From Macrostomum lignano (lineage: Eukaryota): 25,562 bases of DNA. Of this stretch, positions 1 to 10,529 are shown piece by piece. Numbering within the stretch: the first letter of the stretch is position 1; each line of letters starts with the position of its first letter. A model generated the notes under the pieces. The model saw only the letters and a list, made by a program, of their open reading frames with translations, did not search any database and was not told the origin of the DNA. The position numbers were made by a program, and so were the translations under genes. The stretch lies in contig NIVC01000950.1 in assembly GCA_002269645.1 (NCBI GenBank), positions 1 through 25,562 of the forward strand. Reading direction: 5' to 3'.

Positions 1-1195
1 CTCTCTCTCTCTCTCTCTACTCTATTTTCTCTCTGCTCTCTACTCTCTTTCTCTCTGCTCTCTACTCTATTTTCCCTCTGCTCGATCTGCACTATCTTCT
101 CTCTGCTCTCTACTATCTTCTCTTTGCTCTCTACTATCTTCTCTCTGCTCTCTACTCTCTATTCTCTCTTCCCTTCTCCCCTCTTCTCACTCCTTACTCT
201 ACCCTCTCCGAACACTTCTCCTCTCTCCTTTCTCCTCTCCTCCCTCCTCTGTACTCTGTACTCTCTCGTCTCTCTCTCCTCTCTTCTATCGTCTCTTCCT
301 TCACCTCTCCTCTCTTGTCTTTGCTCTCTTATCTATCTCACCTTTCTCTTCTTTTATATTTTCTCTCTTATCTCTTCTCATTTCTCTCTGCATGCTCTCT
401 ACCTCTATCTCTCCCTCTCTCTCCTCACCCTCTCTCATCCTTTCCCCTCTTTCCCCTGTCCTCTCGATTCTCTCCCCTCCCCTCCTCTTTCCTCACTCAC
501 TTCTCTCTCTCTCTCCCTTTGTCTCACCTTTCATCTCTCATCTCTTATTTCTTATCTACCCTCTTTTCTCTCTACTTTCCCATCTCCCGTGTGTTCACTC
601 TCGTCTTTGCTCTCTTAGTCTTATCTTCCCTCTCTCATCTGTCATCTTTACTCTCGTATACTCATATGTTCTCACCTCTCTCCTCTGTACTCTTCTCTTT
701 CCCCTCATCTGACTCCTCTCTCCTCTCTCCTCTCAGATATCGTGTTCACTCTCATCCCCTCTCTTTTCTGCCATCTGTACTCTCCAATCTTCAGTGTACT
801 CTTCTCTTTACCCTCCTCTGATTACTCTCTTTCCTTACTCCTCTTCTCTTCTCTCTTCTATACTCTCTCCCCTCTATTCTCTTCTCTCGCCTTTCTGCAC
901 TCTGCTCTCTCCTCCTTCATCTCTCATCTCTACTCTCTTCTCACTCTTCTCTGCTCTCATCTGTCATCGATCCTGTCTCATCTCTCCCATCTTCTCTCTC
1001 CCTCTTCTCACTTCTACTCTTTCCTCTCTCTTCTCTCTCCCCTCCTCTTGCTTCTTACTCCAATATTATCTGCTCACTCCTTATCCTTACCCCATCATCT
1101 CTCTTCTTGTCTTCTATCTTTTCTCTTATCCTCCTCTTGCTTCTCCTCTCTTCTTATAGTCTATTCCTTCTCCTTTTCACTCTTATCTCATTAGC
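1..1195. repeat. Polypyrimidine (CT-rich) low-complexity tract inside Helitron copy 1
   Basis: The sequence is almost all C/T. A segment at ~285-340 matches the reverse complement of ~19725-19790 in the GA tract of copy 2. Confidence 0.95.
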
Positions 1196-2407
1196 CATGA
1201 GCTTGATTCTTTATCTGGCATTTGAGGTTAAAGTCTGTCAATCCCCGCTTCGAAAGCGTTTGTGGGACGTAGTACTCTCATAGTTGTTATGCTTTAATCA
1301 CATCATATTTCTGGCCAATTAGCAGCCCTGAGAGGAATTTGTGTATCTCCCTCCAGCCCAGCTCCACCACCACAGTCTGCAGCAGTCTAGCAACCAAGGA
1401 AATACGTATTTCTTAGGAGCCATTTAAATTTTAAAGTACCTTATGCGAATCTTGATATTAAAATTTTCATGGTGTAACTAATTTAGTGGGATTGCATTGT
1501 AATCACTACTAATCAGTTATTCATTAATTTTTGCTATTTTTATAAACCATCCCACATCGCCTTGATTTGCCATCCACTGTTAAACGACTGCAGACTTGTC
1601 TATACAGAGGACAGTGGTTTGAATCTCTCGCTGAAACTGTCTCTCCTCTCCACGCCTCTCCACGTGCGGGGTGCCAAGAAGGCTATTAAAAAGTTATTCC
1701 AAAACACTGTACATTCGCTAAGTACATTGAGCCCTATCGCCTGACCCTTCGTCTGGGCTGGGGGAATGAGTGAGTGAGAGGCACAAACAACAGAAAAAGC
1801 AGACAAAATTCACATGCTTACAGTTTCTGTCCTGATTGAGATACAGAGTTGAGACTTTACATGTAGGCAGAGAATGAGTCAATAAAGAATTGTGTCAAAT
1901 TTGAAGTCAATCGCTTCATGTGGAGCAAAACTATGGCAGCCGAAAGTTAGGCATTTTAAAACCTACTCACACCCTTTGCCCAGATTTGGAAAGAGAGGCA
2001 GGCGGGCGGAGGTTGGGGTGGCTGCCTCGCTGAAAAAAACAGCCAAACTTTAAAAGTGCACAGCGCCGTTCAGGATTAACTTTCAGACTCAAAATTTTAC
2101 ATGATTTTGCCAAAATAGTTGAAAATTGTCTGTGTTAAATTTGAAGAGAATCGGTAGAAGTGGAGCGGCGCTATGGAGGATTTAGTGAAAAAATTGCGTA
2201 TTTTGAGCAGTTTTTTGCACTTTTAGGTAGGAAGACTCAAATTTAGGAAATTAAAAGGTAGCCTAAGACATTCTCCGTAGTAAGTTTAGGGTGGGTGTAA
2301 AGTTTGGTGTCATTTGGTTGAGTGGTTTGGGAGTCCATAGCGATCAAAATTGTCCACACACAGACACACACACACACACACAGAGTTTTGATTTTTATAT
2401 GTAGAGA
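1..2407 (-). mobile_element. Non-autonomous Helitron-like element, copy 1 (5' end at 2407; runs off the left edge of the window)
   Basis: The minus strand reads A|TCTCTACATATAAAAATCAAAACTCTG-(TG)n, the A|TC start plus microsatellite typical of Helitron 5' ends. Bases 1190-2407 are the reverse complement of 17367-18600 (roughly 85-92% identical by eye), and homology continues into the CT tract. Confidence 0.75.
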
Positions 2408-3180
2408 TAGATAAAATCAGAAATATATATATAATAATATTCATCAGATAATTTTATTTGCATGACAAAAAGAATAATTTCTTTTTTATCATAATTCATG
2501 CAATTTTATATAGCCAGTACTAGACTATATAGTTAAAGAAACTAGCTATTGCTATAATAGAGAATCATAAAACTTCATATGGAAAAGCTAAGGCTACTGT
2601 AGCAATTTTTTTGCTCTGATAAATGGCTATTATGTATTCTGTTTGATAAGCCTAGGCATTGAGGCCTTGGACTAACTTGAAAAGCTGGGCCTCTTACTAA
2701 TAAAATTTAAATCAACAATGAAAAGATGCAAATTTTTAGTAGATTGAATATTACTGTTAAAGCTTTAAACTTTTTTATATTCTTTAATGAATCATTCTTT
2801 TATAATTCATTTCTTTAGCTTATTTTCACTTCTTATTTACACATTAAGGTATAATAAATCTACAACTAGACAAGCATTGTATTTGCATAATCACTGCTAA
2901 TAAAAATGCTTATTAATCATATGCTAATATGATGTCCATTTAAAAGCTTTGAGAGCCACTCACTACACACAAAGATATGCTGAGCTATAAATATTTTTCC
3001 ACTTTCACATATTTTTTAGATTTAGTGGCTGTAACATAGGTACAAATATAATGGCTTAAGAATTTGTAGGCCTAGGCCTAGCTTAGATAAATACTTAAAC
3101 AAGCATTTGTACAGACATCGTTTCTATGAATAATAATTTAAATACCAACGTAAGTCTCTAAAGCTTCATTTACACTACTA

Positions 3181-3950
3181 GCTCATTCCATATAAGATGG
3201 ACATATTTGGAAAATAGAAAAAAGTCAATATTTTTGCTTGCCATTGCCTAATTAGCCTATTTTTTTACCAAATGTTTATATTGTGCAATATATACAATCT
3301 AAGAATAAAGGAATGGTAAAATGTTGGATTAGTATGTTATCAATTGGCAAAAAGTCATTTTTGTAAAAATTTGGACATTTTTCGAAGCAAAAGACATCAT
3401 TAAGATTTTGTACCTTTTAAAAACAAATAGAAAGCTTTTGAAGGTTGAAACAAACTATAGATAAAAGTATAGTACTTGCATCATCAGATAAAAGCATTGG
3501 TGACCAAATAATCTATTATATTTTTAATGTATTAGTACCTCAAAGTTACTGAATTGACAGAAAAAAATATGTTACGACCATAAGGCTGCCTTTTCTTTTG
3601 TATCTTTGTTGCCTTTTGAGTTTATATATTCTAATAAAAGAGTATGATTTCTAAAGATGTTCTTAGTCAAATTTTAAAAATGTATTACAAAATATCAAAA
3701 ATGAAAAATGTTATAAGACTTTTACCTTTTAGTTTCTATATGTCAAAAATCCTGTCGTTATGACCATAAGTGTCATTTAAGGTTTAATAGCATCTATAAT
3801 AATGATGATATCTATATAAAACTCTATAAATATATTCTAGACAAAATAATCTTTCATTTGAAATATTGGTTTAGTATATTCTATTATTATATTTCATTTT
3901 ATAAGTAAAAATAACCTGTCATGTTACGACCATGCTTATATGGAATGAGC
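3181..3950. mobile_element. 770-bp non-autonomous TIR DNA element
   Basis: Perfect 16-bp TIR: GCTCATTCCATATAAG (3181-3196) / CTTATATGGAATGAGC (3935-3950). CTACTA flanks both sides (3175-3180, 3951-3956). The motif GTTAYGACCAT recurs internally at ~3570, ~3757 and ~3923. No ORF. Confidence 0.75.
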
Positions 3951-4970
3951 CTACTAGTAATTGTCATAGCATGGCGTAGCAGCATAACATATTACTGTCT
4001 AGTCACCCCATTTTTATGTGCCATATAAAGGCTAGATGGTTGCATATTAAGTGCAATGCTAGGCCTATATTATTATTGTTCAAAAATGCAGTGTATAATA
4101 AAATAGCCTATTGTGGATTAATCCAAAATTTATATAGATTTCATGGTCTAAAAAGGTACCAATAGCCTAATATATGAAGCCCAAAACACAAAAGGCATGT
4201 TTTCATAATAAAAAATTTCTTTCTATTGTGTTTCCACTGATACTAAACCTCAATGAATGGATAATTAACTCATTGATACAAATTGGAAGTGTCAATGAGT
4301 ACATATATTGTGCTATAAATTGTAAGCTAAGACATTTAGTTAAATCATATTGTAGAAATTACATTAGCAGTAAAAACTAAGAAAAAAAGCTTTTTACAAC
4401 ATACCTAGGGCCTACTATTGAAATCAATTATAGAGTTACTAAAAACATGATAACATTTCAAAGGGACATAGATAAATGGACACCTGTGGTCACAAAATAT
4501 ACATTTGCAATATTTTTTTATTACAAGTAGTTCATGATCAAATATCAAATTTAGTATTTATATGATTTAAAAAGGTCACAATATAGTGCTTCTAGTTACA
4601 AAGAACAAAATTCAAGGTTAAAAATTACATATAGTATAGAGAAAATGAGAATGATGAATGGACATTAAATAAGGACAATAAGTAAATACTAGATCAGGAA
4701 GGCAAGCATTTTGTCTAAAAATTAAAATAAAGGACCCATTTCAAAGAAATTAAACTCGCAGAACAAGTTTTTTATTATGTCAGGAAAAAAGTAAAACCAA
4801 CCATAGCTTTCTAGCTAGAACTGGAACAAAATTGATAAACTTAATAACTGTATTTGAGCACTGACTTTTTATTTACCATTAGCTTAAGTTATATACCATA
4901 CTCTGTAGCAATAAACTATAATCATATATACTATAGCTTTATTATAATCTTTATATACCACCAATGTCTT

Positions 4971-5073
4971 GTGCAGATCCAAGAATTTCTTGAGGGGGGC
5001 AAGCCAATGCTTGGTTATCTCAGAGGTGTCTCCTTGGGAGCCAAAATGGGTGTCTTAGAGGTATCTCCTTGGG
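4971..5073. repeat. MITE-like fragment with two 35-37-bp tandem units
   Basis: GCAGATCCAAGAATTTCTTGAGGGGGG resembles the starts of the GC-box MITEs at 11411 and 11722. It is followed by two units ending TCT(C/T)AGAGGT(G/A)TCTCCTTGGG (5002-5038, 5039-5073). Confidence 0.35.
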
Positions 5074-6477
5074 TAGAGACTCCGGCGAGCTCCGAGTAGC
5101 GTGGTTGAAACTAGAAAAAACGTACATTTAGCACCTACTTCAAACAGAAAACTAAGATAGAAAAAATATGACTGTGTAAAAACTGAAATACACAATAAAA
5201 AGCACAATAAATGTACTTCAAAATGAGTGCTCAAACAGCTTCTAAAGTCGATCAGAGACAAAGTTATGGACAGTTAAAGTTTCATCATTTTTGCATTCCC
5301 ATGCAAAATGAAGCCTATTTTACGGTAAAAATCGTGACTTTGGAAAGTCTAATTTTTAATAACGAAATGACCGTTTTAAACAAAAATAATCAATATAAAA
5401 GCAATCTAGGCATAATTAAGTATCATTTTATGTAAATTTCAGAAGAAAAAAATATTCCCTGTTGCCTACAGGGGTAGTCCAAATTTTTTTCTTCGATTTC
5501 TTTGTATCATCCGATTGCTGCACGGAATTCAAATGTAAATTTCTTTATTCTTTGTTGCAAGTGGAAGGACATGCAGAAAACCGTTTGGGATTACCTAGTC
5601 GCGCATTGCTACTAAGTTGATTCAAAGATCATAGTAAAATCAAAGTAAATGTCTATTTAAAATATATTTTTTATTTTTTTTGAGAAAAAAAGAGACGCAC
5701 AAATACAGTTGATATTGACTTTCATACATAATTGCATGACAAGTGTGAGGAATGAAAGTTCCTTCTGACAACTGACCGCGCACTTAGAAATATGAGCATC
5801 AATATGTTTCAGCGAGATTCAGGTAAACGGCAGGAGTAACTATGACTTTCAGTGCAAATGCAATTGCATCGTCACCTTATTAGTAGGAAAAATGAACATT
5901 TTTAAACTGTATTTTGTAAGTTAATTGCACTATGAAGTCAATACACACTGTCTTGAAATTCATTTCCATGATAACCATTACAACTGCTGTCTTCAAGATG
6001 TGTACTCTTCTATTCTATGTACACATTGTACATGGGGGTCATATGAGAGGCTTCCGTTGGAAAGCTGCTGGATATCAGACCCCAGCATAGTGATCCCAAC
6101 AAGCGACCCCTGGCATTCGTCTGGTCAACGATGCAAACTCTCAAAAATGTATGGTATGTATGGTACAGAGTACCGTGGAACTGTTGCAATAGGTTTATGC
6201 CTGTGCAATAAAAGCAGGTAGGTGATTTTTTATATGGCATTGAAAAGCAGCCATTTTGTTTGAATGTCTTCTGACTTATGCAGCTACTGAGTTAGCTAGA
6301 TTCTTCATTGTAATAATGAGTGATTATTTTGGGTGCAAACTCTGAAGACTTAACATGCAAATACTAGCCTAGGTGCTAATCTGTGTGGGAGATAGTACAT
6401 AATATGAATCTCAGGCAACTACGTTTTGTGAACAGACCAAGCTGTGCTTGAAAAACTTTGTTAAACAATGAATACAC

Positions 6478-9400
6478 TTAGTCATCATCATCATCATAAT
6501 CGTCATCGTCATCAGAGAGAACATTCAATTCGCCAGCCAGGTAGTCCTTGTTGAGGTCATAGGTGTACTCCCCTTCAAAATCATCGAACACAACCTTGAA
6601 CTCCTGGCTGAGAATGTCCCTGCTCTGGCAGGTTGATGGCAGTCGCTGGAGGACGTGGCCTGGTATCCAGTCCTCCCCATCTGTGAAGCAGAACTTCATC
6701 TCGATTCTTCTGCTCACCAGATCGGGGAGGTTGGCCAGCGTCCGCTGATTGGTGGTCTCGTCAATGGCGTCGCCCTCATCCTCGTGTCTTCTTCCTCGTC
6801 CTCGTCCTCGTCCTCCTCCTTGACCTCGTCCTCCTCCTTGACCTCGACCTCGTCCTTGACCTCGACCTCGTCCTTGACCTCGACCTCGTCCGCGTCCGCG
6901 ACCGCCGCCTCGTCCACCAAGGCCAGGCCCAGCTTGAGCAGCCACAGCTCCTGCATCTTGAATCCGTTGACGACGCTGCAGCCTGTCAGCAATGGCAGTG
7001 CGGACTCGCTCCTTGCGCTCGCGAGCATCCAGGAGGCCGGACGGAGGCACGGTGGGCGCATCGGCACCCTTTTGCTGGTCCTGTAGTTCCACTATCTGCA
7101 GAACTTCACGCAGTTGGCTTCGCAGTTGAGGCACACTGCGCTTGACACCAGCCGCGGAGAAGTTGAGCAGGCTGGCCTTGTCCTTGGGCAGGTGGATCTC
7201 TACAAAATATTACATGAAACATAATTTTCATGCTAAGCAGTGAGCAAACAGACACATTTTTCTGCCCACACGTACTGGTCGCTTTGTGCAGTTGCAGCTG
7301 TGCTTTGATGGCCTTCTCGTGCTGGTCAGGGGCTAGTTGGTGCAGCACAGCGTCCATCCTGGAGATGGTTGGCCAGAGTCCGCCGTAGGCCTCGATGACA
7401 CGGAGAATGGATCGGATGCTCTCGGCGTTCGAGTCCTTCTTGCGCTGCTTTTCAGCTAGCTTGGCGCGGAGAATCTCCTGGCGGCAGCTGCGCAAGGCGT
7501 CGGCGCTCTCCTTCCCTCGCTTTTCGAGCTGAGGGACCAGCTTCCGTGCCCTGGTAAGAAGGAGGTCCTTCTCGCGCTCCGTCTTGTCGGCCAGCCACTC
7601 GGACGTGCAGTTATAGCCGAAGAGCACAAGCGACTCGCGCGCAAGAGGGCGCATGTTGGGCCTGTCTGCGACGCACTTATCCAGCATCCCGAAGCCTCGC
7701 TCGACTGCTACGTTGTCCTTAGGCGCAGATGAGACAAGCTGGGCAACTTCTGGCGTGAGCTGCCGCAGAGTGCCCCAGGCAGGTGGTCACGCACCTCTCT
7801 CTCTAGCAACACAAGCATGTGTGTCGCCATGATCTGAAGTGGTGTTTTAAAGTATAAAAGCTACAATCTATACATTCGTTAATGTTCATTGATACTGTAC
7901 TGTACTTTGTGACTAATCAGCGCATTCATAATTCAAAACCCATATTTACCTGCAGAGCCTGGCCGACAATCTCGTTCTCCAAGGCTGTCAGCTCAGACGT
8001 CAGCGCCGCCCAGATGTCCTGCAGCTGGATGTCCCGGAGAACCGTCTGGGCCAGTTCGGGAAATGGGCCAATCATGCTGCTGGCCACAGTAACGCCCTCG
8101 GACGATGACAGCTGGCGCAGCCAATTGCAAGCGCGCTCATAGCGTTCGTTCATGTCCGTGAGGGTCACGTCTCGGCAGCGCAGGAGCACCCACAGTGGCC
8201 GGATTAGCAGAACGTCAGCAATTCCGAGTGCACGGCAGCCACTCAGCAGCAAATCAGATGCCAAGTCAGCCTGCACTGCGATCAGCAGGCGGTTGCTGCA
8301 GGTGTACTCAGCCAGGAACTCGGACAGGCGGTCTCGCTGCCAGAAAATGTTTCCCCCGTTGGGAAATGTGATGTAGGCGCGGTTGCCACGGAAGTCGTCC
8401 AAACGAAGGGACGGTGCGCCCTTCGACTCCAGATACGTTTGAAGCGGAATCGCAACGCCACACTGTTCACTGCCCAGGGCATGGAACGCCTTGCAGACGG
8501 TGCGGATTAGACGCTGCGTGCCAGATTCAGCTTGGGACGGGCGGAAGCCAGGGAGGGCAGCAGATCCGACGGCCTCTGCAGCCATGCAAGTCTCCCACTC
8601 GCGCAGCGCAGCTTCTGCGGCAGCAGCAAGATTTACAATCACATGCATGCCGCAGAACAGTGCAGTCACAGGTGGAGGTGGGTTCACGCCTTGCTGGGTT
8701 GCCAGCTCCTGCCGCATCTCGTTGAGCAGTACGTTGAGGCACTTGTTGACCACGTGTCGGTCAGTCATTAGGAAGTTGACGCGTGCCAGTAGATTACACT
8801 TCAGGCGGCGTCTCTCTTCGTCGCTCGAGTGGGCAAGAACTACCGAGCAAAACAGATCGACCAGCTCTTCCACCGAGTAGTCCAGTTCGCGGGCGTAGAT
8901 GTTCGCGGTGCCACCCTCGACCTCGCGAAGAGAAACAGCCATCGGGCGGCTGTCCCCAGTGTCAACCTATGAATGGTGCATATGTAATACAAAGCATATT
9001 GTGAATATAAAAGTTCATTCTTATTAACTAAAAGTTCTCTTTTTGTGAATATTAATAATAATAATTAATTATTAAATTCATTTCCTTCCTTTAAGTCCAA
9101 TTATTTGTCAATATGCACGAAAATGCATTACTCAAGTTTACCTGGTAGGCGGCATAGTGTCGGCCCTTCTTGCTGGTAGCATCATGCAAGATCGTTATTG
9201 GTCGGTCCTCCTTTGCCCCCTGATGCAGCAGCTTCTCCATCGCGCTCGCCTTAGCTAGGCAGCTGCCAAGGCTGTAGCTCAAAGCACTGACCTGCGAACG
9301 CGACGGAAGCGCCAAGTTGCCGGCGTCGATGCCAACGAGGTCCGTGAGGACGCGTCGAATCGCTGGCTTGACGTGCTGCACAGGGACGTGGCAGTCCAGC

Positions 9401-10359
9401 ACCAAGTGCATACAGGTGCTGATGACCTGGTTCGTGTACTGCTGTCCTCCACTCGGACGTGATGTCTTGGTGATGATGGAGCCCACACTCTGCTGTTGAA
9501 GCTTCTCGTTTGCTTCACAGATGAGGCCGTGCAAACTGCGGGTATCGGCTCTGAGCTCCTTCACTCTCTCAGTGGCGAGCTGACTTGACTTGCTACGGCT
9601 GTTGGCACGCCTCAAGCGCAGGTCACGCCTACGGCTGGCAGATGATGCAAAGGCCTGCCGCTTGGCATGCTCAGCACGCAGCTTGTCGTATCTGCCTTGT
9701 AGCCGTCTGAGACGCTGATTCCAGACGCGAATTTCAGGCCGCTTGGCTAGCTTAGCCCTCAGTCGCCGGACTTCAGCTTTCTGCTCGGCCAGGGCGGCCT
9801 TCAGCTGCGCAACTTTGGCTTTGGCCTTGTGAACTCGCAGATCAACAATGGCTGCCTCGATGCCGATCTTCTCTTCGACAGAGACACTCATGCCAGACTG
9901 CTTCGATTGGTCAAGCCTTGCTGGAGTCGGTGAGTTCGAGGCCATTGGCATTGGTGATGTTGACAAAGGCACAATCGGCATTGCCATTGGGTTCAACAGC
10001 TGTTGCAATGCCGCTGGAGGTTCGAATTCTCGTGCCAAATGGGCCTCATATGTCGAGATGCCATCACCAGACGCAGCCTCACGAGTGTGACTCTTCAGCA
10101 GAATTTGGGCTTCTCTCTCTAAATCCTTAATCCTTTTCAGGAGTGCCTTCTTCAGATTGTCAGAGACAAACTCCATCAAGTGAGAAGGTAGCCCAACCAG
10201 TTTCAGAATCGGCTGGGCCTTGTCAAGTCCTGTATGGGCCTGGCTGCTGGACTTGAGATGAGTAATCACCTGGCCATTGGTGACTGGGCGAATGGATGAT
10301 CTGGACCTGCCACGAAGCCGAAGGTTGGGCTTGGTCTTGGGTGTGGAGGATGTGGCCAT
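6478..10359 (-). CDS. Four-exon hAT-like (CxxH-type RNase H-fold) DDE transposase with C-terminal RG repeat and Spindlin-like Tudor domain; one 1-nt frameshift
   Basis: Exons: 10359-9142, 8966-7950, 7833-7276, 7199-6478. AT-rich GT-AG introns: 9141-8967 (phase 0), 7949-7834 (phase 0), 7275-7200 (phase 1). The junctions read YQ|VDTGDSRPMAV, ALQ|IMATH and KAT-K-IHLPK. Motifs: TILHDATSK (D 9181-9183), FLMTDRH (D 8760-8762), FCGMHVIVNL (CxxH 8643-8654), FRGNR, DNVAVERGFGMLD (E 7700-7702). Adding one G to the G4 run at 7773-7776 gives 3516 nt = 1171 aa plus stop. Confidence 0.85.
6517..6723 (-). other. Spindlin/Spin-Ssty-type Tudor-like domain in the last exon
   Basis: DLVSRRIEMKFCFTDGEDWIPGHVLQRLP...EFKVVFDDFEGEYTYDLNKDYLAGELNVL aligns to SPIN1 repeat 2 as recalled ([31 protein letters not shown]...[29 protein letters not shown]). 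The last 29 residues align without gaps. Confidence 0.7.
6787..6918 (-). repeat. Coding RG/RGG/GQG repeat (GGRGGGRGRGRGRGQGRGRGQGRGRGQGGGRGQGGGRGRGRGRR)
   Basis: Read directly from ORF 6478..7134; built from 6- and 18-nt DNA units. Confidence 0.9.
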
Positions 10360-10476
10360 AGATAGTATTGTTTAGTCAGTCAGTACTCCAGTAGTCTACT
10401 CCAGTGGCAGCTGGAATGGTAACATATTGATTGACTTACTGAGTTACTCAGGTGATTCAGTGCCAAATAAGTATGA

Positions 10477-10529
10477 ATATGTCTCATTATCAATAATGAG
10501 ACATATAATTTATGTCTCAGTTATCAATA
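10477..10529. promoter_or_regulatory. Three-arm palindrome upstream of the transposase ATG
   Basis: Perfect 13-bp stem ATATGTCTCATTA-tcaa-TAATGAGACATAT (10477-10506), then a third arm TATGTCTCAGTTATCAATA (10511-10529). An almost pure A/T tract follows to ~10690. A regulatory role is inferred from position only. Confidence 0.35.

Noticed and set aside
124-1194. Leu/Ser-rich ORFs resembling membrane proteins
   Set aside because: They are by-products of the CT tract, which lacks stop codons; they are open in several frames at once.
9091-9141. ORF-track C-termini VNLSNAF..., VNMGFEL and TCGQKNVSV... as real protein ends
   Set aside because: They are read-through into AT-rich introns that begin with GT donors at 9141, 7949 and 7275.
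6563-10130. Plus-strand and alternative-frame ORFs overlapping the transposase
   Set aside because: Shadow ORFs of a GC-rich coding region, with no recognisable motifs.
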